Assembly (NCBI GenBank): GCA_002633005.1
Contig: NMRA01000095.1
Location: 525,889 to 589,888, forward strand
Direction: 5' to 3'
Length of the DNA stretch: 64,000 bases
Source of the DNA: Phoronis australis
Lineage: Eukaryota; Animalia; Phoronida
Shown: one piece after another, positions 50,051 to 60,800 of the stretch
Layout of the letters: every line of letters starts with the position of its first letter
How positions within the stretch are numbered: the first letter of the stretch is position 1
Notes under the pieces: model-generated
Told to the model about the DNA's origin: nothing
The model's input: the letters and a program-made list of their open reading frames with translations, nothing else
Databases searched by the model: none
Translations under genes and position numbers: made by a program

Positions 50051-53000
50051 TATTAGGACCCTACGTAGCCTTAATGACATTCATTCTTATGCTCGTATTC
50101 GGCACGAGCGCAAAAACACGAAGTAGCGTAGTAAATCAAGTTAACTAATGAAGACATAGGGATAAAAATTACTGGTAGTTGTTAAGAAATAAAGTCTGCA
50201 CGCATCATACGCATGAACCACAGTGGGCCGTATGTACAGTAATGGGTTCGCTTGAGTGGTTAAGATTGAAAAACAGAGAGAGGCCCGGGTGGCGCCACCG
50301 TCGATCGACACCTGCAGAGCGTGTCACTTACATCAGTCGTCATTTCGCCGGGGAACCTTAGTTACAGTAACTGAAAACTATTAGCAAATCAGTTGATCAT
50401 AACTTTGATGAATTTATACCTGATGTAAAGTTGCTTACTTCAGAGGGAGTTTATTGTGCTGGAATCATTTCGACCTGCTGAGCAATAACACATTAAACAC
50501 AGGATTTTACGACAATCAGAAAAAACGCACACGCAAATCATTGAAAACGGTTCTGTCTATTATGTAGAGAAAAATGGAAATTTTGAATATAAAAAGTAAT
50601 TGCAGACGCCGGTATGGTACACGTTATACCAGACGTGCGCAGCAGGCCGCTTAGGTGGTTTCATTGCACTAATCCCCTGGAAAAAAACTTCATGGTTCAT
50701 TTATATATAGTTCTAGCGACCGCGTAGACTACTTCCTGAACGCTGAAAAAGGAATGTATGTGTGTATGTATGTGTGTGTAAATGCAGTTTCTGTTATGCA
50801 TTTCTCTTCATTTTTAAATGAAGAGGAATGCATAACATTAAAATGTGTTCTGTTGGTTATTTAGCAACAAATATTTAAAAAAGGAAACAAGTTCAATTCA
50901 TGGATGAACAAATCCTAGGAAAGCGAAGTTTCAGAATTTCGGAAGCCGTTGAAATACGGAAAGATGGTTCTTCAATTGACTGAGCTCCAAAATTTCAATT
51001 GATAATTTCCGAAAATCTTTCAAAGAAGTTAATAATGAAATTTCGATGAACTCCCGACGAAAGTTTTGAAGCCTAATCTTTTTGAGTCTCGTACCCCGTT
51101 AAAAAGACCCGGCACAAAGATCGGCGACCACCGAGGGACCGGCTAAGAGGTGGTGACTGGGAGATATGAAAAGTTGTCGTGGCGGGAGGAGGGCGAATTT
51201 GGGTAAAGCAATTTCATCTGCGACCCCCGTTCAGTTGTTACTCTCTCACGAGTCTGATTCAAATATCTGACACAGCGTCACAAGTTTCAACACCACAAAA
51301 AACATTTACTTTTCATAGCACCCAGCAACCACTGACTGTTGGACGGAGTGCCTTACAACGCTAGAGTTTCACACCTCAGTGTTGAGAGGTAACCTAACGC
51401 TGTTGACTTCCCATAGTAACGAGGTCAGCTATGTTTCTAGAAAGCTCATGTAACCGGCGTAAAGCATTGTTTTTTTATCCGTGAGCTTAGTGCGGGACGA
51501 GCGAAAATTAAGATTCGCTTCTAGTGAGATTTACTCAGTGCTGACGCTCTTTCGCCAAGTATCCAGGTCAAGAGAGAAGGGGGTGACATGAAACTTGATA
51601 GTCAATACGCATAACGCTGAAATAAAACAAAACCGGAGTACCATTGTTTTAAACAGGTACCCTCTAGACACAGCACCTCCTACCACTCTAGTTTCCGTAG
51701 TACTGTGAAAGATTGTAGGAAACAGAGTGATAAAAAGGAAGGTGTTTTGTTGATGGCAAAAGGTGTGCCGTATTTTTGAGACTGATGGTGTTCGATGGTC
51801 TGAGTTAGAAACCAACCTCGGTCACAATTTGAACTTCAGTCATATTGATCTCCGTCACTGTGTCAACTGAGCGCAAAATGCCAACGAGACGCTTGTTCAC
51901 ATAAAGAGGCAAAACCTCATTGGCTAGTTTGGCTTCGTGACCTTAATCGGATACTCAAATACTACTCGATTTTGGTTGCTTTACTACGGCACCTATTTAT
52001 TGCACAGGTAACCTAGACACAATCACGGACAGGTATGTAGAATGGGCTTATTAATATAAAACTCATTTTAACGTAGTTTTTTTATAATTCACAGCATTTT
52101 ATTGTACATATATGTTCTTAATGACTTGCGATGGCAAGACATAATGACTAAGCCTTTCATTAAAAACAGACAACACTGCTGATCTTTTGACAATTTATGA
52201 AAAATCTTAAATAAGGAAGTTTCGTCCTTCGTCTACGGTATGTGAAATGTACACGGAACACAGTCTTTATCTGTAGGCGATCATATACCAAAATTATGAT
52301 ACTGACGAAACCAAGGTTATAGCTCAGCACAGGTTAATAGTAAAAACTCATTTTGCATTTGAGGACTAGTTTTTTTCATCTCGGCATGTATTTTGTCAGT
52401 TTCAATAAAGCTATTCATTTCAAATTTAGAAATTTCTCTATTTGTTGTGAGACACATTGTCATTACGGTGTTGTAGAATTTTCTTCGAAATCTTCCGCGT
52501 CTGACGATTGTTTTTACACTGGAAAACTCGATGTAAAAATCAATCGTCTTTAGAATCACCTTGTTTGAATATTCAATTGATTGAATTCATTAATTGATTG
52601 GTCAGAAGAATAGTTATAAGTGCAATGCAATACAACGTGAAGCAGTAAAATACGATAAAATACAATTCGACACGGGATTAATAGAGACAAACAGACATAC
52701 AAACTACAGTGAGGGTGAAATATACCAAAATATGAAAGTAAAGTATTAAAAATGGTCAATTGATGTACGGATGACGGATTATTAAGTTTGTCTTGGTCCA
52801 AAGACGTAGGGAATTGTGAATGGAATTGTTTATTTATACTAAAGGTCATTGATCCACTGCATAACAATGACAACTATGCACAGATGCTCATTGTTTTTAA
52901 AAATTCCCATTTGTTAAGATCGAAGGACTATCGGGAATAGGACTCTGGTTGCATGTACAAAATTGTAACATCGTTTTTGAGATTTCATCCTGAACAATTA

Positions 53001-53908
53001 TATCTAATAAAACATGGTCACGTCTCCCAATTAATGTCAGATGGATGAAAAGTCAAAAATCAAATAAATTCTACAGCCTTTCTACTTTCCTGAGTTAAAA
53101 TCTATGGTTATGTTTATTTGGATATTTGGCTAAACGCTGGCGTCCAAAAAGTACTGAAAACTATTGCCTTTGTTGTCGACCTTGGGTACCGCTGACGAAG
53201 GCAGAGCCAGTTTTACTTGGGTTGGACATGTCGCAATCGACCCCCGTGTGGAACAGTTACAATTCATTCGGATGATTTATGTTGCCTCGGCTATAATCGG
53301 ACGATACCGCCGATTGAGTTCTATCCTGATGCCTATCATGGCTCGGCGATTTGTTATCGCTTCGGTTTCACCGATGTGTCCCGCAATTGACGCCGCCGAC
53401 CGTGGCACCAGGCAGGCGCATTCATTCTCCCAAAGTCGTAGTTATTAGTATCGGTCTTCAATGTTTTCTATTTTACTCTAGGTTACCAGCCACAAAAAAG
53501 ATCTTGTTACATGCTGTTTGCTTTTAGGGTGACACGAACAAAGGCCTTTGAACGGGCAACAAAGCTTAAAAACAGACGTCGACATTGGTGCAAGGGTTTT
53601 TAAAACAACTTTTTGTAAGGAAGGCGACAGGGAGGGAGGAATTGAGAGAGGAAAGGAGGGGGGTCGGAGGGGGAAACAGTTCCTAGCTTCTGTGCAGCAT
53701 TTTTGAAAATAAAATCAACACAGTTTTTTTATTGCATCCGCTGTTTTCAAATTAAATACCCTGATGTATACTCATTCTCCTGTGGATAAGGTTTCCGGGC
53801 AATTATGGATTTCAATGAGCCAGTGATTTTAATTTTGATCCTTGTATAATATCTCAAAGTAGACAGGAAATAGGAAATAAAAATAAGGCAAGATACGCCT
53901 ATAGAACT

Positions 53909-54062
53909 GCCTCGTGTTCAGTAACGCTAGGACCTCGCTAAAAAGCAAGACTTCGCGAGATTCCGTGAGTTATTTCCGTGTATTTTAAGTGAGAGCACGT
54001 GACTAAAACTAGATTTTTAGCTAGGTCCTAGCGTAGGTCCTAGCGTCTATTGAACGCACGCC
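53909..54062. mobile_element. MITE family B copy
   Basis: Near-identical to 22355..22507. Confidence 0.8.
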
Positions 54063-54684
54063 TGATTCCACACACTCTTCTCGTAGATCATTTTGCAAAT
54101 GTAGGGATCGTTTGTGAATCCTCTTCATCTGCCACGTGTTCACATTTACAAATATTTATATAATAATTTAGAGACGCAAATTTTCGATTTAGGCAGCTTA
54201 CCGATATAAAATTGGTCTCTGTTCTCAGATTATAAATGATTTCTAGTTTCGAAATTGACGAATTGACAGATCTTTGGTGTTTCAGACCAGGCTCATAATT
54301 GTCACGGAGGGTTAGTTTCAGCCGCGGAAGCATAAAGGCCGCCAGGGTAACTTCTAACTTCAATTCAAGCTTAAAATCTGTGAAGAAAGGTGGTTTTTTT
54401 TCACTGAGACCATGGGCTATAGCCGCTGAGGTTCCTGGTCGAGGTACCACTTTGTATTAGACTGACTCGTTGGTGTTTTCGACCTGTATGCATGTATTTG
54501 AAGAGAGCGTCCAAGTAATTCACTTATAATAAAGAGACGGTAGTCCTATGTTGGAATTTAAATACACGTATTTACTAACAATGCGGTGACTCGCTCTCCT
54601 GCTACCAGACACCTGGTATATTTGCGCAAAATTTGCCTCAAAGTCACTATTAATGTTAACTCGCTATTGTAGATTACGAATACC

Positions 54685-54867
54685 ATGAGTAAGATAGACA
54701 GTGAACCGCAGCATCCCAACCCACAGCCGGGTATTCCGGGGCAGCTGCCACCAAATTATTCGGGTGTACCGCCACAATACCAGGGCCAGTTTCACTATAA
54801 CAGTCCCGGTCATCCTGCACAAGGGCCGCCCCCTACAGCGCCTTATGGAGCCCCCGTGATGATGCAG
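54685..54867 (+). CDS. PLAC8-like first coding exon
   Basis: accATG start, donor gtgagt at 54868; an acceptor at 54672 suggests an upstream non-coding exon. Confidence 0.8.
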
Positions 54868-57800
54868 GTGAGTACCAAACATAGCGCGCGCAATCTTTGA
54901 CAATGTTGGCAACAGAAATCATCATTGTTTCAGTGAGTTTTTACCGGCAGTGCACAAAAGCAAGCACAGCATAGAAGCCATTTTATTTTGGTAAGTAACT
55001 TCAGACAAAAATTCTGCAAACATATTAACTTTATTGAACCAAATTAAACTTTCTAACTATCTTCTTTGAAATTCATACGCTTTAGTGTTCGTCGAAACTG
55101 CGAAAACACAGAGGTTAATAGACGAACGCAAAGATCTCGCGGGAAATGCTCAGTGCGGTCACCTGCTTCGCTTGCAGTGCACGCCGGCATTTTGCGCTAG
55201 TCTATCTCGCGTGTTCACAAAATCCTAGCGTCTACGGGACACATGCCGGTTTCAGAGACTGATTTAACAACAGAAGGCGCAAAAAATTAGACTGCGTTCC
55301 ATAGACGCATAAATTGCGAACGGATAGTGCAGTCAAGTGCTTCTCTTGGGAGCGCCTGTCGACACCTTGCGAAATATTGCGTAATTTGCGTTTTTGCGAG
55401 GTTCTTGTGTATCTACGGTAACTAGGCTGGTTACAGGAATTAGTTAGCGGAGGCTTTCATTTCTGCTTGGCCTGTCACATAGAAAAGTTAGGCCACGCCC
55501 TCCATAGATACCGATGCAATCTCCTAAGCGTATAGTCAAGTCCCTTTACCCGAAAACCTTTACACCTCGGATTAAAGCACCAAATTTGGCACACTGGTAC
55601 TTTTTGACACTCTGAATCTCATGGGGGTAGATTGCCTATATTTTGAGGTCAAGGTCAAGGTCAAATCTGGAAAAACAAAATGGCCGCCATGTAACACAAT
55701 CTATGGTTGCTTGAGAGATTATAACATATTTTAAGGCTAGGTAATGGTACTTTATTAAGTAGAAATCTATCAACATGTTTCTTCATAATGTTAAGACATC
55801 TCATTCATTTGCAGAAATCTAATATGGCGGCCAAAATTTAACTAACCAACTCCAATTTGACAACTAAAAAGCAAGATCTGGTGCAAAACAACAATAATAC
55901 AAAAATAAATAGGTTCTCTTACCAAAACTGAACTAGATCATTATCACTGATTTGAACAATTACTGTGAAAATTTGTTTGAGGTTATGATAAAGAGGCCAA
56001 CATATGTATAGAACCTGACAGACCACCAAAAACTCACAGGCCAGCTTCGAAAACTGTCCGTAGCTAATATTCTACTTCTAGCTCATGTGTTCACATTTGT
56101 AATGTTGTAAATCGATTATCAACACAATAAAACGGATTAATGTCAAATTGTCAGTGCAGCTGACAGAATTCAATTAACACTATCGGTCCGTCCTTTGTCC
56201 ATGTTCGTACTGGCATGTTCCCTGGCATTTGAAAGTGCTCTGCATGCTAAGGAATTGCTTTTACATCGGTATCTTTTTGCTGCATAGAGGTAAGCTCTAG
56301 CAACCACTCTTAATGAGCTGTTGATAGGCTTTGGAGACTTCAGGCATCAGTGTCTCTCCAGTAAGGTGTCTATTGTTGGTCAGCGTCTCCCTGCCATCCA
56401 TACCCCTCTGGACTTGGTTTTCCTTGAATAGGCATCAGACTTTTAAGCCATGTGCCAACTTCGTGCAAGCACTTGATGTTAAAACATGTTTACCAGAACA
56501 GACTGGGTAGGCGGTAGACTTGGCATGAGCTGAAATCAGTTTTTCAAGGGGAAGCTGTCTTCGTAATTGATTTGGCTGGTTTTGGCTTTACGATCACATG
56601 GGAGACGTGTAAATGTCTCAACTCCTCACGGTCGATGGTGAGTTGCTGAAAGAAATTGATTGCAGGGCACGAGAATGCCTGAGTAGCATCAGGGCAAGCT
56701 TTCCGCGTCCCCCAAGCTGTTTTCTTATATTTTTCATAAAACTGGGACTTTGTCTCCGACCCTGGGTAGAGCTACAAACAAATCGTACCTAAGCTGGTCA
56801 AACACACTATTGATGATCGTTCTTTCCAGCTTTGACAACTACCCATAATTGAATTGCTGGCTTCAAAGCCTTAAGCTGACCAAAACACCAAGAATAATGA
56901 CTACAACATCTGTATGCACCTTAGTAATCAGTATTTTTTATTATACCTGTGATCAAAGGCGCCCGCAATATGCAAGCACATGATGGCATGGTGGCATGTA
57001 AGAACAAGAAGAAAGAAAAGACTTATCGTGGGTAACATATATGTACATATAAATCTTTTCTTGGAGGACAGACGATTGCCGAGATATCTTTAGCTAACAG
57101 CATGGACAAATCCTTTTTATTCTTCGAAATTTCCAAAAAATTCCGGAAGTTCGGAGGCAGGCGCGTTTGACGTGAAATGTTGGTAAGAACGCCTGAACTT
57201 CTAGCAGCTCTTGCGGTGGCCTTCAAGTTGTCTTCAGTGTAAACATCAAACACAATGTCAACTCTACTGCAATAGTAAAGTTTAGAATGAGCCCACTTAG
57301 CTAGGTTTTCACTGAACTGACCCTATATCGCTGATTCGTTTGGAGAAAAGCTATATGCACAAAAGCTGGTTTATCAAAGACTTTGGCATCGACGGATTCT
57401 GTATTGAGGCAATATGTTGAGCAACTGTGACTTCTGTGAAGGTAAAGTGAGACTGCCGTTCTGACTTAGGGATGGTGTGACTCAGTGGTTACAGCTCCGG
57501 ACTCCAGCTTGGGAGACCTGGGCTCAAATTCTGGTTTCACTGGCTGACATTTGAGCATTGCACAAAGGTGTCTCCCATTCCTCTGAGCTCGGTCTTAATG
57601 TGAATGTGTGTAAGGGAGTGAATGAGAACCTGGATATAAAGCGAAAGCAGTTTCTGGGGCTTCGCTCATAAATTATCTTGAAAAGATTTAAAGTTAGGGA
57701 TGGTGGCCAAGGATGATTCTCATGGATAAAGAATTCGTCCAGCTTAGCGTCTCGAACGTGACTGGCTATAAAAAGCTGACTAAATAAGCTGTAGTGTTTG

Positions 57801-60800
57801 TTGATGTTGTCCATGTTGTGACTTTTCAATTAGGACTGCTTGCTTATATTTGTCACATTGCTACTCACCAGTCACTTCAATAGTATGAAGACTTGTAGCG
57901 CTATCAATACATCTCTCGTCATAAGTTCATCACCCTGGCCAAGGAAAGGGTTTCCCTTGGCTGAAATTGCACCACACAAGCTGTTCACATGGTTCTTGAA
58001 TTTGTGGCTCGCCTCCTCACTATTGTCTTCAAAACCATATTGACAGTCAGCAGCCTGGCTAGCTTGGATCCAAACACCATCCACCTTTTGAAACCGTTTG
58101 AATTTTCTATTAATCTAACTGCCAGACCACTGTCTTTAACTAAGGCATTATTTTCTTCATGTGCGTGGTCAACTGGAATAGCACAGAATCTGTGCCGTGT
58201 CCTTGAAAACACCCAGTCTTTTTTTCAGATGCTGCCGCACATTAGATGGTAAAGCTCTCATGTTTCGGATATGGACAGGGATACATGTTGCATAATTTTG
58301 AAGGCCAAGACCAAAGAAATAGGGCAGAAGAGATTCAAGGACATCAATGTACAACGACAAGTTGCATTCACGATGAGCACAGACGAATATCATAAACTGG
58401 ACATTCCAGAATTCAAATGGTAGACGTCTCGTTGAGCTTTCATTTTTCTAGCCGGAGAAAGACTGTTGTTCCAAAACAGCACCTTCGTTTCCCACAATCA
58501 GAAATACTTCTTCCTGGGGCTTTGCTGGCAACAGAGCTGTCACCTGGTGTGCATATCTTGTTCGAATCAAGTGCAAAGCTTAAAGAAAGGAATTCGCTTT
58601 ACCAACTGTAGCCACTGAGGCCACCATAAGAAATGAAGTCCAACTACTATCTTGAACCATCACTCCTATCATTCTCCATAAAGCCATTTGAACATGAAAT
58701 CCTCCCATTGGTAGAACCATGGAAGTTTCCCCGTGTGTTTCAGGTCACTTCCACTGTAGGCCCTATACACTTGCGCAGGGTACAAAGCGGCTGGTCTTCA
58801 GCAACTACTGATGTTTGCCTGGATTCAGTTTGTCTGTTGATTGCTTGATCATGTTCAATATTGGGGGCTTGTCATTGAAGAGAGACAGAAGTTCAGACAC
58901 TCCTTCTTGAGTTGGTGATTCAGTCTGCTGATTTGCATGATAAGCAGCCCAAGAAACGTTGTCAATATCATCTAAGAAATCTTTTGTTAGAAGCCTTGAA
59001 GTGAGGTTAACCCACTCATACTCTTTTAAAACCTCCACATGAGTAAGAGAAGTCTGGTGTTTTTTGTACTCAGATTTGGAACTTCTGGAATTTAACACCA
59101 TTTGTATTCATACTAGTTTCTGGAGAACGATCATAAGTTTCTGGAAGTCAGAATTCTCTCTTGAAAATCTTAAAGCTGTGTAGATGGTCGAATCGTGCAT
59201 GGATTTAGGTCAGTTGGCATTTGGAAGAGACAAGGGTTACCATGGAAAAAGGCTTGAAGACAAGTTGTGGTCTATACTATTACCAAAAGTGAAAATCTCT
59301 TCTCTTAGTTGGGATCTGGGCAGACAGACTGTTCATCTTCGTACCTTTGGCATGTGGCTGCAGCCATAATATCTTGTACTTCCATAAAATTTTATTGATA
59401 ACAGAAATACTCATTTCGTGAACTGATTGATCAGTTTCTTGCTTCGGGATGAAGCATGGATGTTGAGTCCCACATAAAGGGCAATGGTGGTTCACGCGCC
59501 TTTGTGTGGCACGACTCACTTGATGTTGGAGTTGACTGCTTTGCATTGAATACCACAAGTTGGCTAATTATCAGGCATGCCTGGATGAGTTCAAAGTTTG
59601 AATCACAATGTTATCGCCAGCCAAAACGAAACATGAAGATAATTACCGTCTTAAGTGTCAGGAAACTATTTTTAACTTATTTGTGTAAGTTATCATCAAT
59701 AATTTGAATTCAAATAAAGCCTTTTGTTTATCACATGAAACAGTAATGCAGCAGATATTTCGTGTCAAGCTATTTTAAAAAAATGACCACGTGGCCTTTG
59801 ACCTTGGTTGAGCCTCCACCTTGACCTCAAATTTCAAGGAACTGATGCCCATGAGATTTAGCGTGTTCCAAAATATCTGTGTGCCAAATTTGGTGCCTTA
59901 ATTGTAATGGAAATATTGTGGGGGGTTTTGGCTGCTAAGGGACGGACTAGTAAGTGTTCTGCATACGTTCTGCAACAAAAAGTTATGTCCCCGATGATAT
60001 TTTACTGGACCTAGCCGTTACCAGGGATGAGTTCTGTGAACCTACCCAAGACATTTAAGGTTGCACGTGAGGCGAAAAATCTTCACGTGAACGACGGAAA
60101 CAGTGAATTATATTTCATGATTTATGAATTTTGTTCCATAATTCTACATTTCAGCCTCACCATCTTATCACATCGGTGGCAGCCATTTTTCCAGGTTACG
60201 TCATAGGTTCGTCATCCGTTAAACAAGCGAAATTACTGCTGTAAAGTTGGTCTCAATTTCTTCCCCACGCAAATAATCTAGTATTTCTAAGCTTGAAAAG
60301 AACTTGCACTTCGTTATTCCTTGAGACTATACTCGGCGCATCACACTAGTAAATTGACACACCTTGACAAGCCATCTTATAGAGCCTAGTATCAAGCAAT
60401 GACAAACTGTCAGCTCTTTCGAAACCTTGAAACTACCTCTAATTTGACTTATATAACCATTCGAGACCATTTTGCTAACGATAAGTGGTTTAAATAAAAA
60501 AGTTGGTTTCAGCGATTGTCGGACGAATTATATCGTTAAAAATGTTTCACATTTTCCAGTTTTGTGGAAATCTCAGACTCTGATGACATTGTCGATTAAA
60601 TTTGAAATCTGCAGAAAAATGGATGGAAGGCGTGGATACAAGTACCCCCCCCCCNNNNNNCCCCCTACCCCAGATTTTTCCGTCAATAATATCCGCGCCA
60701 TTGTGAAATTCACTATCCCGCCAGACGGCGATCAGATCTTTGCCCTTATGACATGCAAAATAAAGTGCAAGTCACAAAAACAATAAGCTTGTTTTTGTCT

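Larger units (their letters stand above)
55533..59949 (-). mobile_element. Decayed Academ-type (AcademX-like) DNA transposon
   Basis: TAGTC...GACTA termini, about 130-bp imperfect TIRs (shared gcaccaaatttggcacac, atctcatggg, ttgaggtcaagg), 3-bp TSD GTA. Fragmented minus-strand ORF with motifs LLPYFF..NYA..PVHIRNM, DHAHEENN, GNPF, FFIHENHPWPPSL, FDVY, GYGW and a degenerate C-terminal Cys cluster. Confidence 0.8.

Noticed and set aside
50920-51450. Heat-shock-element-like GAA/TTC clusters upstream of Hikeshi
   Set aside because: No perfect three-unit nGAAn array; expected by chance in AT-rich DNA
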